In this document: positions 39,982 through 48,718 of the stretch, piece by piece
Position numbering within the stretch: position 1 is the stretch's first letter
How the letters are laid out: every line of letters begins with the position of its first letter
From: an uncultured Actinomycetes bacterium
GTDB lineage: Bacteria > Actinomycetota > Thermoleophilia > Gaiellales > Gaiellaceae
Length of the DNA: 64,000 nt
Direction: 5' to 3'
Assembly: GCA_963759435.1 (NCBI GenBank)
Contig: CAVWZB010000005.1
Location: forward strand, 75,056 to 139,055
The notes under the pieces: model-generated
Database searches by the model: none
The model's input: the letters and a program-made list of their open reading frames with translations, nothing else
What the model was told of the DNA's origin: nothing
Made by a program: the position numbers and the translations under genes

Positions 39982-40026
39982 CACCGGCCCTTCAAATTCG
40001 CAACCCGGCCTGCGATCCTGCGTCTC

Positions 40027-41667
40027 GTGAAGGGCTATGCGGCTTCATTGCGCGCATTCGCGCAAGTTTTCTCGAACCCACGGGTGCGGAACGTCCAGAT
40101 CGCAGACGTCGGCTCGACGCTGGGAACGTGGGCGTACGGCGTCGCCCTGCCGATTTACGCCTTCCACGCCGGCGGAGCGCGCGCCGTCGGCGTGCTGTTC
40201 TTTGCGCGTTTCGTGCTCGCCGCGCTCGCGGCACCGTGGCTCGGTCTCCTCGCCGACCGCTGGTCGCGGCGCCAGCTGATGCTGACCGCCGACATCGTCC
40301 GCGCCGCGATCTTCGCCGCCATTACGGCGGCGGCGATCCAGGGTGGGAGCGCCTACATCGTCTACGCACTCGCCATCAGCTCGACGATCATCTCCGGCTC
40401 GTACCCCCCGGCCCAGGCGGCGCTGATGCCGTCGCTCGTGGACTCGCCCGAGGAGCTGACGGCTGCGAACGTCGTCGGCAACACCATCAACAGCGTGGGG
40501 ATGTTCGCCGGGCCGGCCATCGCCGGTGTCCTGCTCGCGCTGAGCGGCCCAGCCGCCGCATTCGCGCTCAACGGTGCGCTCTTCGTCTGGTCGGCGATCT
40601 TCATCGCCATGGTGCCGCGCGACGAGCGGCCGAAGCGCACCGAGCGGCCACGCCTGATACCAGAGCTCACGGCCGGCTTCAGCGCGGTGCTGGGCAAGCC
40701 CGCCCTTCGGGTCGTGGTCGGGCTGACCGCGGCAGTGACCTTCGTCGACGGAGCACTCGAGGTCTTGCTCGTCGTGCTCGCGCTGGACGTGCTGGGTGGC
40801 AGCAATGCCAGCCTGGGCTGGTTGAACGTCGCCATCGGCGTGGGCAGCATCGGCGGCGCTTTCGTCGCCGCCGCCTTCGTGACACGCCGCAGCCTGGCAG
40901 GAGGCTTCGCGCTGGGGATCCTGCTCTCGTCGATCCCGCTCGCCCTCACTGCCGCGGTCTCCACTCTCCCACCGGCGCTCATCCTCGTCGGAGCCCTCGG
41001 CGTCGGCTCGATCCTCGTCCAGGTCAACAGCGTCACGCTGGTGCAGCGCTCCGCCGACAACGAGGTGCTCGGCCGGGTCTTCGCCGTGCTCGAGAGCCTC
41101 ATGCTGGGCGCGCTCGCAATCGGCTCACTCGTGACGCCGGGCATCGTCAGCTGGCTCGGGTCTCGCGGGGCGCTGATCGCGGTGGGCGTGTCCGCTCCCA
41201 TCCTCCTCCTCCCGCTTCTGCCGTCCCTGCGGCGGGTCGACGCCGAGTCCGTGATCGCGGAGGAGCCGCTGAAGCTGCTGCGGAGGATCGAGATCTTCGC
41301 GGAGCTGCCGGAGCCCGTGCTCGAGCGGCTGGCGGCGGGCGCCACCGCGATCTCGGTCGCCGCGGGCGGTGTCGTCGTCTCGCGCGGTGAGGTCGGCAAC
41401 CACTTCTACGCCATCGCGAGCGGCAAGGCCGCTGTGGAGCGCGACGACGGCACGACCCGAGAGCTCGGGCCTGGCGATTTCTTCGGCGAGATCGCGCTTC
41501 TGCGGGACGTGCCCCGGACGGCCACCGTCCGGGCGCTCGAACCGCTCAGGCTCTTCGCGGTGGAGAGGGACGAGTTCCTGGTCGGCGTGACCGGGCACGA
41601 CCCCACCCTCGCCGTCGCCGAGAACGTCGTGACCTCACGCCTCCCTGCAGGAGCCCTCGCGGGCTAG
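40027..41667 (+). CDS. MFS transporter fused to a C-terminal cyclic-nucleotide-binding domain
   Basis: In ORF 39883-41667. The start GTG 40027 is uncertain. The first ~420 aa form a 12-TM MFS body (LGLLADRWSRRQLML). The C-terminus is IEIFAELPEPVLERLAAGA...GDFFGEIALLRDVPRTATVRA, a cNMP-binding beta-roll. Confidence 0.88.
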   Translation: MKGYAASLRAFAQVFSNPRVRNVQIADVGSTLGTWAYGVALPIYAFHAGGARAVGVLFFARFVLAALAAPWLGLLADRWSRRQLMLTADIVRAAIFAAITAAAIQGGSAYIVYALAISSTIISGSYPPAQAALMPSLVDSPEELTAANVVGNTINSVGMFAGPAIAGVLLALSGPAAAFALNGALFVWSAIFIAMVPRDERPKRTERPRLIPELTAGFSAVLGKPALRVVVGLTAAVTFVDGALEVLLVVLALDVLGGSNASLGWLNVAIGVGSIGGAFVAAAFVTRRSLAGGFALGILLSSIPLALTAAVSTLPPALILVGALGVGSILVQVNSVTLVQRSADNEVLGRVFAVLESLMLGALAIGSLVTPGIVSWLGSRGALIAVGVSAPILLLPLLPSLRRVDAESVIAEEPLKLLRRIEIFAELPEPVLERLAAGATAISVAAGGVVVSRGEVGNHFYAIASGKAAVERDDGTTRELGPGDFFGEIALLRDVPRTATVRALEPLRLFAVERDEFLVGVTGHDPTLAVAENVVTSRLPAGALAG

Positions 41668-42293
41668 GAGACTTTGGCGAGCAACCGGTCGAGGGCCGCG
41701 AGCAGCTCGAACGCGGTGTCCCTCTCGTCCTCCTCGAGCCGCGCCGCCACCCGTGCCAGTGGGGCGAGGCGGCCTTCGCCGGCGAGGGCGGCACGGGCCC
41801 GCCGGGCCCGTTGCAGCAGATCGAGCGCAATCGCGGCCTGGTTCGCGAACAGGCCGAGCAGGTCCACCTCCGCAAGCCTCAGCTTCGACTCGGTCGGCCG
41901 GTCGAGCACCGACAGCACGCCGAGCGCGCGCTCATCGACGAGCAGAGGCACCGACATCATGCTCTTCGGCACGTAGCCGGTCGACTCCGCCTGGGAGCGC
42001 GACCAGCGCGTGTCGGAGGTGAGGTCGTCGACCACGAGGGGCTCGCCGGTCGTGAGCACCCAGCCGGCGATCCCGTTGCCGGCCGGGAAGCGCATCCCGA
42101 TCAGCTCGCCCTCTCCCTCGCCCGCCACGGCCTCGAACACGAGCTCGTCGGCTTCCTCGTCGAGGAGGAAGACGGATGCCGCCTTGGCACCGAAGATCGC
42201 GCGCGCTACTTCCACGGTCGCCTGCAGGAGCGCGCGGTGCGCCTCATCCGCTCCGAGCACGCCGGCGGCGACGGCCGCTTCGAGATCGCTCAT
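41664..42293 (-). CDS. GAF-domain protein
   Basis: In ORF 41664-42572. AAGGGAGG precedes the ATG at 42293. MSDLEAAVAAGVLGADEAHRALLQATVEVARAIFGAKAASVFLLDEEADELVFEAVAGEG...GIAGWVLTTGEPLVVDD...SMMSVPLL is a GAF domain. It overlaps the S8 stop by 4 nt. Confidence 0.85.
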   Translation of the reverse strand: MSDLEAAVAAGVLGADEAHRALLQATVEVARAIFGAKAASVFLLDEEADELVFEAVAGEGEGELIGMRFPAGNGIAGWVLTTGEPLVVDDLTSDTRWSRSQAESTGYVPKSMMSVPLLVDERALGVLSVLDRPTESKLRLAEVDLLGLFANQAAIALDLLQRARRARAALAGEGRLAPLARVAARLEEDERDTAFELLAALDRLLAKVS

Positions 42294-43141
42294 GCTGCCT
42301 CCCTTGCGTTCGAGGCTGTCTGGTAGAGGACACTCTTGAGCTGGAACGGCGTCAGGGCGGGGTGCTTGCCGAGAATGAGCGCGCAGATGGCGGCGATGTG
42401 GGGCGTGGCGAAGCTGTTGCCGGTGGCGCGCAGCGTCCCGCCGTCCAGCCACGCGAGATCGAGATCGAGGCCGCGTCCGAAGAACTCGACCGGGGGTGTG
42501 GGGTTGTAGTAGAAGGTCAGCGGGTCGGTCTCCTCGTGGCTGCCGACGGAAATGACGCTCGCGAAGCGCCACGGGAAGCTCTCCACGGGCATGTTGTGGG
42601 CCGATGCGACGAGGAGGACACGCTTGAAGTAGGCGTGGTCCGCGAGCTCATGGAGCCGTTCGACGTACTTCGTCCGCGTCGTCGAGAGGCTCATGTTCAC
42701 GACCTGGAACCCCTCCTCGATCGCCCACGCCAGCCCGCGCAGCATCGTCTCGCCGCCGCCCTTGTAGCCGGCGCCGAGGACGCGGACGCTCGTCAGCTCG
42801 GCGTCAGGAGCGAGCGAGCGGACGACTCCCGCGCAGGCCGTTCCGTGCCCGCAGAGGTCGCCCTCCGCGTCGTCGACGACCTGCAGCTCGCCGTCGTCGT
42901 CGCGCAGAACCGCCACGGAGCGGTCGACGCGGCCGACGAGCGGGTGTTCGAGCTCGACGCCGCTGTCGAGGATGCAGACGCGGACACCGGCGCCGGTCGA
43001 GCCGCCCCAGGCCCACTCCCGCGTCACCTGCTCGGGCAGCGTCACGGGCACGCGGATCCGGTCGACCGCCTCCGCCGGCAGGCTCCAGGCCGGGAGGTCC
43101 TCTTCGTCGGAGTGCTCGTGGAGTTCGATCGCCGCGCTCAT
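42290..43141 (-). CDS. Peptidase S8 without a signal peptide (predicted intracellular subtilase)
   Basis: In ORF 42290-43180. I prefer the ATG at 43141 (MSAAIELHEHSDEEDLPAW...). Triad motifs are VCILDSGV, CGHGTACAGV and TGNSFATPHIAA. Confidence 0.88.
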   Translation of the reverse strand: MSAAIELHEHSDEEDLPAWSLPAEAVDRIRVPVTLPEQVTREWAWGGSTGAGVRVCILDSGVELEHPLVGRVDRSVAVLRDDDGELQVVDDAEGDLCGHGTACAGVVRSLAPDAELTSVRVLGAGYKGGGETMLRGLAWAIEEGFQVVNMSLSTTRTKYVERLHELADHAYFKRVLLVASAHNMPVESFPWRFASVISVGSHEETDPLTFYYNPTPPVEFFGRGLDLDLAWLDGGTLRATGNSFATPHIAAICALILGKHPALTPFQLKSVLYQTASNAREAA

Positions 43142-43151
43142 CACACGCCGA

Positions 43152-43832
43152 TCATCGCAAGATCTGCACAGAAGTCCCAAGCGGAACGGTCCGCATCAGA
43201 TAGCGGACGTCGGCCTCGGTGGCGTGCAGGCACCCGGCCGAGACCGCCGCTCCCTGTCCGGAGCCGGCGTGGATTGCGACGTAGTACGTGATGTGCGTGT
43301 TCCAGCCGGGCGGGAGATGTGGCTGGCGCGCGGTCAGCGCGAGAATGCAGCAGCCGTAAGCGGGGCCGAAGGGGCCCGTCACCTTCTCGGCGACGGCGAA
43401 GTGGCCGGTGGGCGTCGGCGAGTCTGGCGCACCGATCCCGACGGGAATCGTGCGCACGAGCCGGCCGTCCCGCAGCACGTCGAGCTCGCGCCGCGAGAGC
43501 GACGCGCGGAGCGCCCACTCGACGGGCTGAACCGAGACGTCACGGCCAAATCGGGCCCAGCCGTAGTGGCCGGTCGGGAGCGCCTCCGCCGTCACCTTCA
43601 CCCAACGGCCACGGACGCCGACGACGCCGAACACGAGCGGGCCGCCGAGCGGGCCCCGTGGCCCGACTTTGACGAGACGCGGTCCGTTCGGCCGGGCGCG
43701 GAGCACGACGCTGCTGTGCAGCGGCCTCGCGGCGAGCGCCGCCGTCGCGCCGTGCGGCGGCGCCGCGGCGTGGGAAGCGGCCGCCACGGCGGCAGCGAAG
43801 TACGCGATCAACGCGTTGCCCATCTCCGCCAT
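43152..43832 (-). CDS. L,D-transpeptidase (YkuD-fold) family protein
   Basis: ORF, 226 aa. After the signal-like N-terminus come IPVGIGAPDSPTPTGHF...YYVAIHAGSGQGAAVSAGCLH, the H...S.GC active-site motif. Confidence 0.85.
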   Translation of the reverse strand: MAEMGNALIAYFAAAVAAASHAAAPPHGATAALAARPLHSSVVLRARPNGPRLVKVGPRGPLGGPLVFGVVGVRGRWVKVTAEALPTGHYGWARFGRDVSVQPVEWALRASLSRRELDVLRDGRLVRTIPVGIGAPDSPTPTGHFAVAEKVTGPFGPAYGCCILALTARQPHLPPGWNTHITYYVAIHAGSGQGAAVSAGCLHATEADVRYLMRTVPLGTSVQILR

Positions 43833-43856
43833 TCTGCCCGAGCGAGCTGACCGGTT

Positions 43857-44961
43857 CTAGCGGCTGTGCTGCCGGAGCCAGGCCGCGAGGTTGCGCGCCT
43901 GGTCGGCGACGTTCGTCCCGGCTGCGGGCGGGGCTACGCCGTTGGAGGTCTGTTCCGGCCGCGAGGCGTGCCCACCGCTGCTGCTCAGGGCGACGGCGGC
44001 TATGAGGCCGGCGAGGGCAGCAGCCACCAGCACGGAGATCGCGGCGAGCCGTCGGGTCGGCCACCGCGTCTTCCGGACGCCGGGCCGCGCGAGGATCTCG
44101 GTCGCGCGCTGCGCGGGGTCGGGCGGTAGTGACAGCGTCTCGGCCTCGGAGGCGACGGGAGCGAGCATTCGCGCGAGCGCGGCGGCGGTTGGAGGCCTGT
44201 CCTCGGGGCGAAGCGTCAGGCAGGACATCACGGCTGCGACGAGTTCCGGCGGAGCATCGGGAGCCCGGCCGGCCGAGGTCGGGAGGCTCGAAGCCGTCCT
44301 CCGATCCCAGCTCGGCCAGCGAGCCGGCCGTCCGCGAAGGCTCTCCCGTCAGCAGCTCGTAGAGCACGGCGCCGACCGCGTAGATGTCCGCCGCGGCGGT
44401 GACCTGCTCGCCGCGGGCCTGCTCGGGTGCCAGATATCCCGCGGTGCCGAGCACGGTGCCGGCGAGCGTGAGGCGCGTCCCCTCGTGGCCGGCGGCGATG
44501 CCGAAGTCGCCGAGCTTGAGGACGCCGTCGGTGCCGAGCAGGAGGTTCTGCGGCTTCACGTCGCGGTGGACGAGACCAGCGGCGTGAGCGGCGGCGAGCC
44601 CGGCGCACATCTGCATGCCGAGCGTCGCGGCCTCGCCCGCAGGTAGCCTGCCCCGCCGCGCGACGAGCTCCGCGAGCGTCTCACCCTCGACGTACTCCAT
44701 CGCGATGAAGGGCCGCCCGTCGTCCTCGCCCACGTCGAAGACGCGCACGACGTTCGGGTGCGCGAGCCGCGCCGCCAGGCGTGCTTCGCGGAGAAAGCGC
44801 CGCCGCAGCTCCTCGTCCCGGGCGAGGTTCTCGGCCAGCCGCTTCAGCGCCACGGGCCGGTCGAGCTCGACGTCGTGAGCGAGATCGACCGTCGCCATCG
44901 CCCCGTGGCCGAGCGGCCGCACGAGCTCGTAGCGACCGGCGACGCGCGTCATGGCGCTCAC
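43857..44961 (-). pseudogene. Ser/Thr protein kinase with C-terminal TM segment; apparent +1 frame break near 44255-44268
   Basis: The kinase domain lies in ORF 43540-44961 (GHGAMATV, ALK, HRDVKPQNLL, DFG, GTAGYLAPE) up to ...FEPPDLGRPG. It continues in the frame of ORF 43857-44231 (DAPPELVAAVMSCLTLRPEDRP...RRLAAISVLVAAALAGLIAAVAL...). Confidence 0.75.
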
Positions 44962-45383
44962 TTGTCGTCCCCATGGCCGTGCTCGTCGTGCCCCTTGTGG
45001 CCGGGGGGCTCGTGCGGCGGTGGCTTGGGCTTCCGGCCTTTCGGCGGCTTGGGCTGCACCGGCACGGTCACGACCCGCGTGCAGGTGCTGATGCGAGCGG
45101 CGAGGTCGTTCACACCGGTGAGGAGCGGAGAGCGCAGGCGTAAGGGCAGCCTGTGCCTGGACGCCGCGACCTCGGCGCGGAGGGAGGCCGCGAGCCGCAT
45201 AGCTCGGCAGTCGTTGCCGGCGTCGGCGGCGGTCGCAATCGCCGAGGCCCGCGCCTCCCAGTCTTGCGCCAGGGCCCGCGGCAACCGTTGGGCAGCGGAT
45301 CCCTGCGGAGCGGCACCGCCGCAGCCGGCCGCGACGACCACGAGGAGCGCCGCCCCCGAAAGGATCCTCAGCACCCTGACCAT
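44958..45383 (-). CDS. Putative lipoprotein with Pro/His-rich tail
   Basis: ORF, 141 aa. Lipobox LLVVVAAG-C. C-terminus PKPPKGRKPKPPPHEPPGHKGHDEHGHGDDK. It has a GTGA overlap with the kinase start. Confidence 0.7.
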   Translation of the reverse strand: MVRVLRILSGAALLVVVAAGCGGAAPQGSAAQRLPRALAQDWEARASAIATAADAGNDCRAMRLAASLRAEVAASRHRLPLRLRSPLLTGVNDLAARISTCTRVVTVPVQPKPPKGRKPKPPPHEPPGHKGHDEHGHGDDK

Positions 45384-45446
45384 CTACCCGCTATCCGCCC
45401 CAAACTAGCCTCGCAAAGAAGGCCGCGAGCCGTTAACATCCTGTTA

Positions 45447-45635
45447 ATGCCGATGCTTCATGGGTGCGCGTTCCCGGGGTGCTCGACCTTCACGCTGAGT
45501 ACGTACTGCGTAGAGCACGAACTACTCGTGCGCGCCGTCAAGGAGTCGGAGCGCGCCAATGCGACGGACCTCACTGCCGCCGCGGACGCCGCGCTCACTG
45601 CGGACGCCGCGCTGTCCGAAGCGGCTGCTTCCTAA
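45447..45635 (+). CDS. Hypothetical 62-aa Cys/His protein (zinc-ribbon-like)
   Basis: ATG 45447 in the frame of ORF 45153-45635 gives MPMLHGCAFPGCSTFTLSTYCVEHELLVRAVKE.... The pattern is C-x4-C...C-x2-H. No SD seen. Confidence 0.35.
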   Translation: MPMLHGCAFPGCSTFTLSTYCVEHELLVRAVKESERANATDLTAAADAALTADAALSEAAAS

Positions 45636-46714
45636 GACTTCTCGTCGGCTACGGCGCCGGCGGGAGCAGGGCTCGCTGCAACGTCGAGTGGCTTGACGAT
45701 CTCGGCGAAGTGGCACGCAGTCGGATGGCCGGTGCCGCGGTCGACGAGTTCCGGCTCCTGCTCCGCACAGATCGCCTGCGCCTTCCAGCAGCGCGTGCGG
45801 AACCGGCAGCCCGACGGCGGGTTGGCCGGGCTCGGCACGTCGCCCTCGAGCACGATCCGCATACGCTTCCCGCGCTGACCCGGCTCCTCGATCGGCACAG
45901 CCGACAGCAGCGCCTGCGTGTACGGGTGCGACGGCCGCTCGTAGATGTCCTTCTTGGTGCCGACCTCGACGACCTTGCCGAGGTACATCACCGCGACTCG
46001 GTCGGACACGTGCCGCACGACCGAGAGATCGTGCGCCACGAAGATGTAGGTGAGGCCGAAGTCGCGCTGCAGCGACTCGAGCAGGTTGACCACCTGCGCG
46101 CGGATCGAGACGTCGAGGGCCGAGACGGGCTCGTCGAGGATGATCAGCTGCGGATTGAGCGCGAGCGCGCGCGCGACGCCGATCCGCTGGCGCTGTCCAC
46201 CGGAGAACTCGTGGGGAAAGCGATTCGCGTGCTCGGGCGAGAGGCCGACGACGCGCAGGAGCTCGTCCACGCGCGCCCGCCCGCCGGCGCCGCGGGAGCG
46301 ATGATGGATCACGAGCGGCTCACTGACGATGTCGCGGACGGTCATGCGCGGGTTGAGCGACGCGTACGGGTCCTGGAAGACGATCTGCATCTCGCTGCGG
46401 ACGTCGCGCATCTGCCGGCGCGACAGGCCCGTGATGTCGCGTCCGTTGAAGACGATCTTGCCCGCCGTAGGCTCCGTGAGCTTGATCAGCGTGCGCGAGA
46501 GCGTCGTCTTGCCACAGCCGGACTCGCCGACGAGCCCGAGCGTCTCACCGGCGTTGATCGACAGGTCGACGCCGTCGACGGCGTGGATCTGCCCGACGGT
46601 GCGCTTGAGGATCCCGGCGCGGATCGGGAAGTACTTGACGAGGTTCTCGACACGAAGGATCTCTTCGCCGGTTTCCGCCCGCTGGTGGACGGTCGGGACA
46701 GCCTCGGCACTCAC
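45632..46714 (-). CDS. Oligopeptide/dipeptide ABC transporter ATP-binding protein (OppF/DppF-like)
   Basis: In ORF 45632-47056. The GTG at 46714 overlaps the upstream stop (GTGA). Walker A GESGCGKTT, signature FSGGQRQR, Walker B LIILDEP, and a C-terminal oligopeptide ATPase extension. Confidence 0.92.
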   Translation of the reverse strand: MSAEAVPTVHQRAETGEEILRVENLVKYFPIRAGILKRTVGQIHAVDGVDLSINAGETLGLVGESGCGKTTLSRTLIKLTEPTAGKIVFNGRDITGLSRRQMRDVRSEMQIVFQDPYASLNPRMTVRDIVSEPLVIHHRSRGAGGRARVDELLRVVGLSPEHANRFPHEFSGGQRQRIGVARALALNPQLIILDEPVSALDVSIRAQVVNLLESLQRDFGLTYIFVAHDLSVVRHVSDRVAVMYLGKVVEVGTKKDIYERPSHPYTQALLSAVPIEEPGQRGKRMRIVLEGDVPSPANPPSGCRFRTRCWKAQAICAEQEPELVDRGTGHPTACHFAEIVKPLDVAASPAPAGAVADEKS

Positions 46715-47727
46715 GCGACCGCCTCCGAGAACTTCGACTTCCGACCGATCAGCTCTTCCGAGAAGTGACACGCGCTCTTGTGCTCGGAGCCCTCGACCGG
46801 AGCGAGCGGCGGGTTCTCCTGCCGGCAGCGCTCGCGGGCGAGAAAGCAGCGGGGATGGAACGGACAGCCCGGGGGCAGGCTGATGAGCGAGGGCGGCGCG
46901 CCGGTGATGGGCTCGAGCCACTCCTCGTCCTCGGTCAGCTTCGGCAGGCTGTTCATCAGCCCGATCGTGTAGGGGTGGCGCGGCGAGCGGAAGATCGTCG
47001 CGACGTCGCCCGACTCGACGATGTGTCCGGCGTACATGACGAGCACGCGATCGCACATCTCGGCCACGATGCCGAGGTCGTGCGTGATCAGGATGGTCGC
47101 CGCGTCGGTCTCCTGCTGCACCCGCTTGAGCACCTCGAGGACCTGCGCCTGGATCGTCACGTCGAGCGCGGTGGTCGGCTCGTCGGCGATCAGGAGCGAC
47201 GGTGAGTTCGAGATCGCCATGGCGATCATCGCGCGCTGGCGCATGCCGCCCGAGAACTCGTGCGGGTACTGCGAGTAGCGCTGCTCCGGATTCGGGACAC
47301 CGACGAGAGTGAGCAGGTCGATCACCTTCTGCTTCACCACGTCGTCCTTCTCGTCCGGGAAATGCGTCTTGATCGCCTCTCCGAGCTGGTTGCCCACGGT
47401 GAGGACGGGGTTGAGCGACGTCATCGGGTCCTGGAAGACCATCGCCACCTCGTTGCCGCGGACGCGGCGCAGTTCCTTCTTCTTCAGCCGCAGAAGGTCC
47501 TGGCCCTTGAACATGGCGGTGCCGCTGACGATCCGCCCGGGCGGCTGCGGAATCAGGCCGAGCAGCGCGAGCGTCGAGACGCTCTTGCCCGAGCCGGACT
47601 CGCCCACGATCCCGAGGATCTCGCCGGGGAAGAGCTCGTACGACACGCCGTCGACGGCGTGCACGACCCCGTCCTCGGTGTTGAACTCCACGGCGAGATC
47701 CTGGATCGAGAGCAGCGGATCAGGCAC
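46711..47727 (-). CDS. Oligopeptide/dipeptide ABC transporter ATP-binding protein (OppD/DppD-like)
   Basis: ORF, 338 aa. Walker A GESGSGKSV, signature FSGGMRQR, Walker B LLIADEPTTALD. Confidence 0.93.
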   Translation of the reverse strand: MPDPLLSIQDLAVEFNTEDGVVHAVDGVSYELFPGEILGIVGESGSGKSVSTLALLGLIPQPPGRIVSGTAMFKGQDLLRLKKKELRRVRGNEVAMVFQDPMTSLNPVLTVGNQLGEAIKTHFPDEKDDVVKQKVIDLLTLVGVPNPEQRYSQYPHEFSGGMRQRAMIAMAISNSPSLLIADEPTTALDVTIQAQVLEVLKRVQQETDAATILITHDLGIVAEMCDRVLVMYAGHIVESGDVATIFRSPRHPYTIGLMNSLPKLTEDEEWLEPITGAPPSLISLPPGCPFHPRCFLARERCRQENPPLAPVEGSEHKSACHFSEELIGRKSKFSEAVA

Positions 47728-48718
47728 GCACTCGCCTCTGCTGCGGATCGAGCGCGTCCCGGAGGCCGTCGCCGACGAAGTTGACGCAAAGGACGATCAG
47801 GACGATCGTCAGTCCCGGGAAGACCGTCAGCCACCACTGGTCCGGGTTCGCCTGCGCGTCCGCGACGAGCTCGCCGAGGGACGGCGTCGGCGGCTTGATC
47901 CCGAAGCCGAGGAAGGACAGCGCCGACTCGGTGAGGATGGCAACGCCGACCGCGAGGGTCGCGTTGACGATGATCGGGCCCATCGTGTTCGGCAGGATGT
48001 GCCGGAACATCAGCCGTAAGTCGCCGGCGCCGGAGGCCTTCGCCGCCTCCACGTACTCCTTCTCGCGCAGCGACAGGAAGAGCCCTCGGACGACGCGCGC
48101 GATGCCGGTCCAGAAGAAGGCCACGAGGATGAAGGAGAGGTCCCACTGGCCGCCGTTCCCGACGAGCGCGGTGAAGGCGAGCAGGATGGCGAGCGCCGGC
48201 AGGGTGAGCACGAGGTCGGTGACGCGCATGAGGAGGTTGTCGATCCAGCCGCCCTGATAGCCCGCGACCGCGCCGATGATCAGGCCGATGATCGTCGAGG
48301 CGGCGGCGACGAACACTCCGACCTCCATCGAGGTGCGGATGCCGTAGATGACGCGGCTGAACTCGTCGCGGCCGGCGAGATCGGTGCCGAAGTAGTGCTG
48401 GGCCGTGGTCGTCGGGGGCAGCAGCGAGTGCAACAGGTCGAGCTCGGCGAATCCATACGGCGCGACCCACGGGGCGAAGATTCCGGCGCCGAAGATGATG
48501 GTCAGCCCGATCAGGCCGGCTATCGCGAGGCGGTGGCGGAAGAACCGCATGCGCGCGTACGACCACTGGCTGCGGGCCTTGAGCTCGAGGCCGGCTTCTG
48601 TGGTGGTCTCGACGGCGCGGTCGATCCCGGCGTCGGGCGCGAGCGGCTCGGCACCGGCGATAGTCGGTGCAGTCGGTACGAGCCCTGAAGAGCCGTCGGG
48701 ACGGGTGAACTCAGTCAT
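47720..48718 (-). CDS. ABC transporter permease (OppC/DppC-like)
   Basis: ORF, 332 aa. Carries the binding-protein-dependent permease EAA-type loop (YVEAAKASGAGDLRLMFRHILPN). Confidence 0.92.
   Translation of the reverse strand: MTEFTRPDGSSGLVPTAPTIAGAEPLAPDAGIDRAVETTTEAGLELKARSQWSYARMRFFRHRLAIAGLIGLTIIFGAGIFAPWVAPYGFAELDLLHSLLPPTTTAQHYFGTDLAGRDEFSRVIYGIRTSMEVGVFVAAASTIIGLIIGAVAGYQGGWIDNLLMRVTDLVLTLPALAILLAFTALVGNGGQWDLSFILVAFFWTGIARVVRGLFLSLREKEYVEAAKASGAGDLRLMFRHILPNTMGPIIVNATLAVGVAILTESALSFLGFGIKPPTPSLGELVADAQANPDQWWLTVFPGLTIVLIVLCVNFVGDGLRDALDPQQRRVRA

Noticed and set aside
39283-39984. 233-aa Arg-rich minus-strand ORF spanning both microprotein loci.
   Set aside because: It runs through two perfect terminator hairpins, has no SD, and is pure Arg/Gly low complexity. 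The two short acidic ORFs in the other frames have strong SDs and conserved promoters.
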